NCBI GenBank assembly: GCA_026992635.1
Contig: JALWYU010000040.1
Span: 1,920-65,919, forward strand
Length of the DNA: 64,000 nucleotides
Direction of reading: 5' to 3'
From: Bacteroidota bacterium
GTDB lineage: Bacteria > Bacteroidota > Bacteroidia > JAADEI01
This document shows, in pieces, positions 48,809 to 56,619 of this stretch. Position 1 is the stretch's first letter, and every line of letters starts with the position of its first letter. Position numbers and translations under genes: made by a program. The notes beneath the pieces were generated by a model. That model was not told where the DNA came from. It made no database searches and saw only the letters and a list, made by a program, of their open reading frames with translations.

Positions 48809-48906
48809 AGTGCCCCTCACAGCACTGAGCAGCATGCCCGCGGCACTCCACCCTGCCTCAACACACCCTGTACAGCCCCTCTTCACACTATCGTGTGGGC
48901 AGTGCT

Positions 48907-49416
48907 TCAAGTTGTAGAAGTGCCACCCGCACTTTCTGTGGGGGGTGCCGTCTGCCTGCTGCCGCCGCCCCTTACTGCCCGGTCAAAATGCGCGCTGAGC
49001 TCCGCGATAAGCGTATCCACGCCGGGCACCCCCGCCTGCGCCGACTGCTTCAACGCCCCGTAAATCAACAGTGCCGTTGAGTAGGCATCGGCACCCGCAC
49101 CCATGCGCGTGTCTTCCAGTGCCTCCAGCAGAGAAGAGATTTCTCTGATCAGCACCCCCAAGTTCTTCCACAACTCAAAGTCGCGCTCCATCTCCTCTAA
49201 GTCTATGTAGGAAGGCATGAGCTGGGGGCGCTCCCTGGCAATCTGAAGCGCCCGCTCAACAAATGCCATCGCTCTATCACCCATTTTGAGTCCACCTATC
49301 CGCTCGGAAGGCGTCAACTGGATCAGGAAAGGAAGACACTCCCTGATCTCGCGCAATTTCCTCACCAGCTGTTCGGTTTCCTCCTGGGTCAGGCGACCAC
49401 TCACCTTTCCTCCCAT
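48907..49416 (-). CDS. conserved hypothetical helical protein
   Basis: 169 aa from the ATG at 49416. LTPSERIGGLKMGDRAMAFVERALQIA...DTRMGAGADAYSTALLIYGALK resembles a widespread Bacteroidota hypothetical family as I remember it. Function is unknown. Confidence 0.6.
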   Translation of the reverse strand: MGGKVSGRLTQEETEQLVRKLREIRECLPFLIQLTPSERIGGLKMGDRAMAFVERALQIARERPQLMPSYIDLEEMERDFELWKNLGVLIREISSLLEALEDTRMGAGADAYSTALLIYGALKQSAQAGVPGVDTLIAELSAHFDRAVRGGGSRQTAPPTESAGGTSTT

Positions 49417-49570
49417 GTTTCCTTTGTTTTTCGGACAGACGCTCGTGAAACCACCAATTGCCCACACAGGATTTCCATAAATAAATTAACCACAACACAG
49501 AAAATGAAATTGCTTCCCAAAAACTTCTCCGGGAATTGCACGTAGCGTACACTCTGGTGAGCCGATCAAG

Positions 49571-49954
49571 TCAGGGTTTCTGCCCGGTCTTCTTCGTTTG
49601 GCGGCGCTCGCGGGGGTCCACCTCCGACATCGTAATCACATACCGGAGAATCAGTTCCTGCTCCTGAGGGGTGAGGCGCGCTTCATCTGCATACTCCGCA
49701 ATGTTCTTCCTCCATTGTTCGGGCGTGAACCGATGCGGCGGATACAGATAATGGCAACCAGAACATTTCTGCATGTAAAGCTTTCTTCCTGTTGCCAGCT
49801 GGAGGCTGTCCACATCCTGCCACCAGCGACGCGCACGCATCACATCTTCCTGAGTGGGTTCAACCAGTGCAGGCGCACACATGCGCAGTACACCCAGCCA
49901 CACACCAAGAAACACAAGCTTGCCCATCGCGCCTGTCCACCTGACGCCCCTCAT
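49571..49954 (-). CDS. small periplasmic c-type cytochrome-like protein (single CXXCH)
   Basis: The signal-like N-terminus is MGKLVFLGVWLGVLRMCAPA. The haem-binding motif is KCSGCH. It is the last gene of a four-gene operon. Confidence 0.6.
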   Translation of the reverse strand: MRGVRWTGAMGKLVFLGVWLGVLRMCAPALVEPTQEDVMRARRWWQDVDSLQLATGRKLYMQKCSGCHYLYPPHRFTPEQWRKNIAEYADEARLTPQEQELILRYVITMSEVDPRERRQTKKTGQKP

Positions 49955-50394
49955 CCAAATCGGATTAACCAGCCCAAAACCAGAAACCCAACACCCAGCA
50001 CCGTCACCATCCCAATGTGGATAGCAAGGTCTATTCGCCAGCGCCTGCTTTCTGGCTTAGGACAACGCAACAGGCGCAGGCGCGCATCCACCGCCAAACC
50101 CACAGTAACCAGCAGAAACAGCAACTTCAGGCTCACGGGCAAACACCCCCCACTGAAAGATAGCCACCTGACAGGCAGGCAGTGCACATGCGCCATTGCC
50201 AACCCCGTGAGCACCGCCACCACCAGCGCACCCATCCCCCACACATGATACTTCTTCTCAAAGGCAAAGAGACTCTCCACATCCCTGCCGCGAACGAAAG
50301 CAGGCAGGTAGGCAAGCGCCAGAACCAGATGACCGCCTATCCAGACCGTCGCTGCCAAAACATGCAGAAACTGCATGATGGCGTAGATGCTCAT
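49951..50394 (-). CDS. CopD/HemJ-like 4-TM membrane protein
   Basis: MSIYAIMQFLHVLAATVWIGGHLVLAL carries the LH...W.GG motif shared by CopD-like proteins. Four hydrophobic segments are present. The ATG at 50394 was chosen. Confidence 0.55.
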   Translation of the reverse strand: MSIYAIMQFLHVLAATVWIGGHLVLALAYLPAFVRGRDVESLFAFEKKYHVWGMGALVVAVLTGLAMAHVHCLPVRWLSFSGGCLPVSLKLLFLLVTVGLAVDARLRLLRCPKPESRRWRIDLAIHIGMVTVLGVGFLVLGWLIRFG

Positions 50395-50524
50395 CGCTCC
50401 AGGGTTGAACTTACCGGCTCTCGTGAACTCACCAAAAAACTCTGTCCGTGTGTGCCGTGGTTCTGCGCCGGCATTGCGCAAATAGCTATTGCAGTCAACC
50501 CAGAACAGGACACAGGATGCCCCA

Positions 50525-51586
50525 TCAGTCCAGCACTTTCTCCACCTGATTTTCTATCCACTCAGTGATGAGCGGGTGTGGCAGGAGCATCTGCTCACTG
50601 CGCCGATACGGCAAGCCTTCCAGCCGTTTCCAGATGCCTTCTTCCACTCCGCCCGGGGCAAGCAGGAGCGGCACCACCAGCACCTCACCCTCTCGGGAAG
50701 CCTGACGCACCAGCGCCCGCAAATGTTCCTTCGCCTGATTGTAGATGAGTGGAGGGGCATCGTCGCGCACCGTAACGCAAAAAATGCCTTTAAAGCGCGT
50801 GCCCTGCTCCTTTTGCGCCAGCGCCTGTATCTGGCTGGCAAGGCTCTCCATGCTCTTGAGCCACTTCACATTGTGCTCTTCCTCGTTGGGTCCGTGCGCC
50901 ACCAGAATGACAAACTCACGGGCTGGGTCCCGACTGATGGCTTTTATCCGTTCGTAGAGGATGCGTGCCACCAGCGGGTGGTCATCTAAGGCGGGCGTAA
51001 GCTTAACCGGTACACTCACCTCAAGGGGTTTAAGCTGACTGAGGCGCTCTTCGTACAGCTGTCGGTAAAACGCATAAAGCTCTGCGAGCTGCTGGACTTT
51101 TTGAGCGTCAAAGTGCTGGCTGATAATTCGGCGAAACTCGTCTGGCGAGGGCTTGAGCAGGTGTATGCCCGTGGCGACTTCGGGAGGCAGCTCCCGCAGA
51201 GCCCGAAAGAGGGGTGCCAGGCGCCTGTCCATGACCATCACCATCGGCGTGGAGGGAAAAGTATCAGTGAGTCCCAGCAAATAGCGATTTTGCTCAACAA
51301 TAGGGCTGTGGGAGGAAATAAACAGCTGTACCGCCACAATCTGTTTGACGCCTTGCTGTTCCAGTGCGGTTATGGCTCTCTGCATCTTGACAGGATTTGC
51401 CATACCAAAGGCAACCTCCACGATGTAGCGCCTGCGCAACGGCTTGACCGCCTCCAGCACTAAGGAATCCCAGCGGGGCGACCCTCCATGCGCCAGGATG
51501 AGCACCCCCGTGTGCTGGTCGCCCGTGCCAGCCCGCACTGCCTGTCCCAGCATGACAGGTATGAGCACCAGAATAAGCCAGCGCAT
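50525..51586 (-). CDS. signal-peptide-bearing CbiX/SirB-like (class II chelatase fold) protein, two-domain
   Basis: The signal peptide is MRWLILVLIPVMLGQAVRA. GVLILAHGGS and FVILVAHGPNEEEHN are the two CbiX-like halves. VLVVPLLLAPG is also present. Confidence 0.65.
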   Translation of the reverse strand: MRWLILVLIPVMLGQAVRAGTGDQHTGVLILAHGGSPRWDSLVLEAVKPLRRRYIVEVAFGMANPVKMQRAITALEQQGVKQIVAVQLFISSHSPIVEQNRYLLGLTDTFPSTPMVMVMDRRLAPLFRALRELPPEVATGIHLLKPSPDEFRRIISQHFDAQKVQQLAELYAFYRQLYEERLSQLKPLEVSVPVKLTPALDDHPLVARILYERIKAISRDPAREFVILVAHGPNEEEHNVKWLKSMESLASQIQALAQKEQGTRFKGIFCVTVRDDAPPLIYNQAKEHLRALVRQASREGEVLVVPLLLAPGGVEEGIWKRLEGLPYRRSEQMLLPHPLITEWIENQVEKVLD

Positions 51587-51598
51587 CGCCCCGCAGAT

Positions 51599-52477
51599 TT
51601 AGAAGGTTATGCCCAGTATGAAGCGCATCATGAACTGCTGATGTCCCTCGTAAACCTGCGTGAGCTGGGGTGAGAGGTTGCCTATCAGGAAGAAGCCCGC
51701 CTTATCGGTGGAGCGTGCAATCAGGAAGGTGGGTCCAGCATACCAGGCACTGTGCAGGCGCCTGCCCTCTTTAAAGTCCTGATGGTTGTAGGCTTCGGCA
51801 CCCAGCCCCACTACAGGCTTTGCCCGTCTGACCATGTACATATAGCCAAAAGTGGGATTGAAAATGAACTTGTGTTCTTTAGCCACTTCTCGCTTCATCG
51901 TGCCGTTGACCATCTCCTCTTCCAGCTCATACTCCAGCTCGTATTCGCCTGTGATGTTGACCAGGAAAATATGCCTTTCCAGCCACTTGTCTATGATGAG
52001 CTTGCCTTCCAGCTCGGTCTCGTGCGGGTAGAGGTAATACTCAATGTACATACCCAGACCCACGGGGTGCACCGACGGATTCAGGAAAGCAAACTTGATA
52101 GCCTGACTGAATGAAAACGAGGTGGAGGGCTGGAGGGCTATTGTGTTGCCGAGGCTGTCCTTCTTCTCTATGAGTTTGGAATTGAGATTGAGGTAAAAGG
52201 ATGTCTGCAGCCAGCGGAAGATACCCAGCTCAAACTCCAGTCGCTGTTCGTAGATGCGCTGGAGGCGGTCTCCGCCACCCCATTTGAAGGTTATCCACGG
52301 CTCTATGTCCACGCCGCCTGCTGGCAGGTTGGGGCTATCGTAGCTGTAGACGAAGTGGCGATCCTGGGCATGACACACGTCAGAGCCACCACAGATGCGC
52401 AAAATGAGGAAAATAGTGAACACCAGGGAGGCGTGCGGTGGCCGGACCCTTAGACGATAGACCTCTGACATGTGCAC
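51599..52477 (-). CDS. outer-membrane beta-barrel protein (family unassigned)
   Basis: The N-terminus is signal-like. The sequence shows alternating amphipathic strands. The C-terminus MRFILGITF ends in an aromatic residue. Confidence 0.55.
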   Translation of the reverse strand: MHMSEVYRLRVRPPHASLVFTIFLILRICGGSDVCHAQDRHFVYSYDSPNLPAGGVDIEPWITFKWGGGDRLQRIYEQRLEFELGIFRWLQTSFYLNLNSKLIEKKDSLGNTIALQPSTSFSFSQAIKFAFLNPSVHPVGLGMYIEYYLYPHETELEGKLIIDKWLERHIFLVNITGEYELEYELEEEMVNGTMKREVAKEHKFIFNPTFGYMYMVRRAKPVVGLGAEAYNHQDFKEGRRLHSAWYAGPTFLIARSTDKAGFFLIGNLSPQLTQVYEGHQQFMMRFILGITF

Positions 52478-52620
52478 CGGATTTCATTAAGCAAGGTAAG
52501 GCACAAAGCCCACTCCAATTTGCACTGCAAACGATTGCTTCAAACAACACAAAGAGTCCAAGGCAATTGGCGCAATGAACAACGACGACGCCGACGAAAA
52601 AGAAGACGATGATGATGACC

Positions 52621-53034
52621 TTACAGGCGACGGGTCCACCACCAGTACAACCCCTGGGCACTGACCACACCCACCGTATTGGCTAGAAAATCCAGGAGGG
52701 AAGGCGACCTGCCCGGCACAACCCACTGTACCCCCTCCAGAACCGCACCCAGCAAACTGCTGATCACCACAGCGAGTACCATCCACCGAATAGGCGTACC
52801 TGGAATGTCCGGATGCCGATGCAAAGCAATCACCAGCATCAGGGCAAAGGAAAAAAACAGAAGCGCATGAACGATTTTGTCCAGGAACAGCTGACTGGGG
52901 GCAGTGAGCTGCCACCTGGGTAACGGGACAACCAGCAAAAACACGAGGAAGAGACCCCAGGCATACACACCCACCAGATACCGGTTACCCGGACCATAGA
53001 CCGTCCACCACGTCCGTAACCAACCACCAATCAC
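52621..53034 (-). CDS. VanZ-family membrane protein
   Basis: DKIVHALLFFSFALML and LEGVQWVVPGRSPSLLDFLANTVGV are present. Confidence 0.75.
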   Translation of the reverse strand: MIGGWLRTWWTVYGPGNRYLVGVYAWGLFLVFLLVVPLPRWQLTAPSQLFLDKIVHALLFFSFALMLVIALHRHPDIPGTPIRWMVLAVVISSLLGAVLEGVQWVVPGRSPSLLDFLANTVGVVSAQGLYWWWTRRL

Positions 53035-53052
53035 ACGAATGCATCGCTGGAT

Positions 53053-53505
53053 TTACTGGTGTGGGGCGTCCTCACCCGCAATCAATGTACGGTATTCGCT
53101 GGCTTGAAGCAGCTCACCTGCCCGAACCAGATCCTGCACTTCCTCGGGATTATCCAGCTGGATGCGGGCGATCCACCCCTCACCATAAGGATCCTCATTG
53201 ACTTTCTGAGGTGCCTGTTGCAGGGTTTCGTTCCAGGCGAGGACCGTCCCGCTAATGGGTGCAAACACGTCGGCAGTGGTCTTGACCGCTTCAATCGTGC
53301 CGAGCACCTCACCCTTCATGACGTGCTCACCCACCGTATGAACCTCCACATAGACGATGTCCCCCAGCTGATGCTGGGCATAATCGGTGATGCCCACATA
53401 GCCAATGGTTCCGTTTTCGGTTTCTTCTATGCGCAGCCATTCGTGCTCACGCGTGTAGTAGCAGTCGTCTGGAATCTGGTACTGCGTCCCTGCTTCCTCC
53501 GTCAT
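53053..53505 (-). CDS. gcvH: glycine cleavage system protein H
   Basis: YTREHEWLRIE...ITDYAQHQLGDIVYVE...LGTIEAVKTTADVFAPISG carries the lipoyl-lysine motif. Confidence 0.9.
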   Translation of the reverse strand: MTEEAGTQYQIPDDCYYTREHEWLRIEETENGTIGYVGITDYAQHQLGDIVYVEVHTVGEHVMKGEVLGTIEAVKTTADVFAPISGTVLAWNETLQQAPQKVNEDPYGEGWIARIQLDNPEEVQDLVRAGELLQASEYRTLIAGEDAPHQ

Positions 53506-53622
53506 GGTCCCTCTTTTTTTCCTGCCTCATCAACAACTTACACACCCGATTTGGTATGGGAACGAAAAAAGGGCAGAAATGATTATTCCCTTCCAAAGGT
53601 GGAAGAAAAACCATGGGATGCA

Positions 53623-54942
53623 ATGAGTGCGGTTGTGCAGGCGGGTGTCCAGCCCAAAGGGACAGACACAGGTCAGCAAGTGGTGGGCGTAGCCGATTTG
53701 TTTGAACGCGTGCGCGCACGCCAGGGCCCCTTAGGACAGTATTACCAGCAATTGCACGGATACTATGCTTTTCCCCAGCTGGAAGGACCCATTGGCAACC
53801 GAATGTACTTTCGCGGGAAGGAAGTCATCGTATGGAGCATCAACAACTATTTAGGGCTTGCCAACCATCCTGAGGTGCGTGCGGCGGATGCGGAGGCTGC
53901 CCGCCAGTGGGGTCTGGCTTACCCGATGGGCTCGCGTATGCTCACCGGCGAAACACGCTACCACTTAGAACTGGAAACCCAATTAGCACAGTTTGTCCGG
54001 CGACCCGCCGCCTTCCTGATGAACTATGGCTACCAGGGTATGTTCTCGGTGTTGGCGGCTCTGGTGGATCGGCGCGACGTCATCATTTACGATAACGAAT
54101 CGCATGCCTGTATCGTGGACGGCGTCCACCTCCATAAGGGCAGGCGCTTCACCTATCCACACAACGATATTGATGCGCTGGAACGGGTTTTAGCCCGTGC
54201 CGTCCAGGTAGCAAAGCGTACGGGTGGCGGGATCCTCGTGGTGACAGAAGGCGTTTTCGGAATGAACGGGCATCAGGGCGCACTGAAAGAAATCGTTGCC
54301 CTCAAAGAAAAATACCCATTTCGGTTGATCGTGGACGACGCCCATGGATTTGGCGTGATGGGTCCTACGGGCGCGGGGACCGACGAAGCACAGGGTGTCC
54401 AGGAAGGCGTAGACCTCTACTTTGGCACGTTTGCCAAAGCCATGGCGAGTATCGGGGCATTCGTTGCGGGGGACGAAGCCATCATTCGCTACCTGAAATA
54501 CAATGTTCGCTCTCAGATTTTTGCTAAAAGCCTGCCCCTCCCCATCGTGTTGGGCAACCTCAAGCGGTTAGAGCTCATCCGGAAACATCCTGAGCTGCGT
54601 GAGCGGCTCTGGCGAATCACACGACTGCTCCAGGAAGGATTACGCCAGCGAGGCTTTGACATTGGCAACACCACCACGCCAGTAACGCCTGTCTACCTCA
54701 AAGGGACAAAAGCCGAGGCGGCATCCTTAGTGGCGGACCTCCGCGAAAACTACCACATTTTCTGTTCGGGCGTCATTTATCCTGTCATTCCTAAGGGGAA
54801 AATCATCCTGCGGCTCATCCCCACGGCAGTGCACACTGAAGAAGATGTCCAGCAGACTTTGGATGCTTTTGAAGCCGTGCGCGAGAAACTGGTCAGCGGG
54901 TATTATCGGCGCCATCCCGTCGTGCGTTTCCCCGATGAGTAG
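53623..54942 (+). CDS. alpha-oxoamine synthase family PLP enzyme (Kbl / 8-amino-7-oxononanoate synthase / serine-palmitoyltransferase-like)
   Basis: NNYLGLANHPEV, DNESHACIVDG, DDAHGFGVMG and GTFAKAMASIGAF (PLP lysine) are present. The start is the ATG at 53623 or the GTG at 53598. The upstream part of the ORF is antisense to gcvH. Confidence 0.85.
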   Translation: MSAVVQAGVQPKGTDTGQQVVGVADLFERVRARQGPLGQYYQQLHGYYAFPQLEGPIGNRMYFRGKEVIVWSINNYLGLANHPEVRAADAEAARQWGLAYPMGSRMLTGETRYHLELETQLAQFVRRPAAFLMNYGYQGMFSVLAALVDRRDVIIYDNESHACIVDGVHLHKGRRFTYPHNDIDALERVLARAVQVAKRTGGGILVVTEGVFGMNGHQGALKEIVALKEKYPFRLIVDDAHGFGVMGPTGAGTDEAQGVQEGVDLYFGTFAKAMASIGAFVAGDEAIIRYLKYNVRSQIFAKSLPLPIVLGNLKRLELIRKHPELRERLWRITRLLQEGLRQRGFDIGNTTTPVTPVYLKGTKAEAASLVADLRENYHIFCSGVIYPVIPKGKIILRLIPTAVHTEEDVQQTLDAFEAVREKLVSGYYRRHPVVRFPDE

Positions 54943-55002
54943 CAGACCGGGCGGCAGGCATACTCAACCGCCACCACCTCCCTCCAAGATTTCGCAGGGA
55001 AC

Positions 55003-56619
55003 ATGACGGAGCAACCAGTCGGAAAGGCAAACGACCATATCCGCCGGCTGATCCTGATCATCCTGGATGGATGGGGTTGTTCGCCCGACCCGGCACGCTC
55101 GGCAATTGCCCGCGCCCACACGCCTATGATGGACAGCCTGTGGCAACGCTATCCCCATTGCCGATTAACTACCCATGGCGAATCCGTGGGCTTGCCCCCC
55201 GGACAAATGGGCAACTCCGAAGTGGGACATATGAACATTGGAGCGGGACGCATCGTCTGGCAGGACATCATGCGCATCTACCGAATGATAGAATCCGGAG
55301 AGCTGGCACGCCACCCCCTTATTGACCACATCTGCCAGTATTTGCAGGTTACGGGTCGGGCACTCCACCTGTGCGGACTGACTTCTACGGGAGGCGTCCA
55401 TTCGCATGTAGACCACCTGCGCGCACTCATAGACATCTTTGCACAGCGGGGCGTCCGCCCTATCTACGTGCATGCTTTTACAGATGGACGCGATACAGAC
55501 ATTCATCAGGCTGGAACACTGCTTCCTCAGCTGGTCAGGGAATGGAATGGACGTGCACATCTGGTGTCTGTAATTGGGCGCTACTATGCGATGGACCGGG
55601 ACCGGCGCTGGGAACGAACACTGTACGCCTATCGGCTCCTCACATCGGGTACGGGCATCCCGGTTCGGAACAACGAATGGCACGCCGCCATCCACAAGCA
55701 GTACCAGGAAGGGATCACCGACGAGTTTTTACTGCCCATGGTTGCAGTGGATGAGCTGGGCGTACCCATTGGACGGATTCTGCCGGGTGACGTCCTCTTC
55801 TGCTTCAATTTTCGGAAGGACCGTTGCCGCCAGCTCATGACTGTACTCACGCAGCGGGCGCCCGACGGCTGGCACGACATGCAACCTCTGCCACTCTTCG
55901 CAGTAACCATGACGGAATACGATCCCACCTGGCAAGGCATTCACGTCCTCCTGCCCGACCAGGAACTGCACAATACCTGGGGGGAGTGGCTCGCACAGCA
56001 TGGACTGCGCCAGCTGCGCATTGCCGAAACGGAAAAATACCCACACGTGACCTACTTTTTCTCGGGGGGACGTGAAGAACCTTTTCCGGGCGAAGAACGC
56101 ATCTTGGTGCCATCCCCTCGGGAGGTTCCCACCTACGATCACAAACCCGAAATGAGTGCATACGAGGTGGTGGACGCCCTCCTTGCCCGCCTTAAAAAAT
56201 CCCCTTTGCCGGACTTCATCTGCCTGAACTTTGCCAATCCCGATATGGTAGGGCACACCGGTAAGATGGATGCGGTGATTCGGGCAGTAGAAGCCGTAGA
56301 TGACTGCCTCAAAAAAGTGCTGGATGCCGTTCTCCCACTGGGTTATCGGGCAATTGTCACGGCGGACCATGGGAATGCCGACGAGGTGCTCCAGGAGGAT
56401 GGTTCACCTCATACAGCACATACGACCAATCCAGTCCCCTGTATCTTTATTGCCCCGGAAGTGGAGTGCGTTGCCCAAGAGCAGGGTATCTTAGCGGATC
56501 TGGCACCCACTGGTTTGACACTCATGGGCTTACCCATTCCACCGGAAATGACCGGCAATGTTCTTGTCCGCCTAAGGCAGGGGGTGGCAACCCAACCTGA
56601 CAAATACCCGGTGCGGTGA
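55003..56619 (+). CDS. gpmI: 2,3-bisphosphoglycerate-independent phosphoglycerate mutase
   Basis: LIILDGWG, GNSEVGHMNIGAGRIV, GGVHSH, FTDGRD and TADHGNA are present. Confidence 0.95.
   Translation: MTEQPVGKANDHIRRLILIILDGWGCSPDPARSAIARAHTPMMDSLWQRYPHCRLTTHGESVGLPPGQMGNSEVGHMNIGAGRIVWQDIMRIYRMIESGELARHPLIDHICQYLQVTGRALHLCGLTSTGGVHSHVDHLRALIDIFAQRGVRPIYVHAFTDGRDTDIHQAGTLLPQLVREWNGRAHLVSVIGRYYAMDRDRRWERTLYAYRLLTSGTGIPVRNNEWHAAIHKQYQEGITDEFLLPMVAVDELGVPIGRILPGDVLFCFNFRKDRCRQLMTVLTQRAPDGWHDMQPLPLFAVTMTEYDPTWQGIHVLLPDQELHNTWGEWLAQHGLRQLRIAETEKYPHVTYFFSGGREEPFPGEERILVPSPREVPTYDHKPEMSAYEVVDALLARLKKSPLPDFICLNFANPDMVGHTGKMDAVIRAVEAVDDCLKKVLDAVLPLGYRAIVTADHGNADEVLQEDGSPHTAHTTNPVPCIFIAPEVECVAQEQGILADLAPTGLTLMGLPIPPEMTGNVLVRLRQGVATQPDKYPVR

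Noticed and set aside
48500-48830. Repeated sigma-54-like promoter elements (TGGCAC in every second half-site)
   Set aside because: The downstream element is AGTGCC rather than TTGCW. The GG-to-GC spacing is one nt longer than the -24/-12 consensus. Sixteen tandem promoters facing a convergent gene make no sense.
49468-49570. DnaA boxes / AT-rich unwinding element near the skew switch
   Set aside because: Only single near-matches were found by eye: TTAACCACA here and ttgggataa at about 47360. There is no cluster of TTATCCACA-like boxes, so I cannot call a canonical oriC.
53059-53622. 188-codon N-terminal extension of the alpha-oxoamine synthase ORF
   Set aside because: It is antisense to the well-supported gcvH gene. 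Family similarity begins after the ATG at 53623.
53506-53622. Glycine riboswitch upstream of gcvH
   Set aside because: The conserved glycine-riboswitch core sequences are not visible in the 117-nt leader. Only a weak AAGGG...CCCTT hairpin is present.
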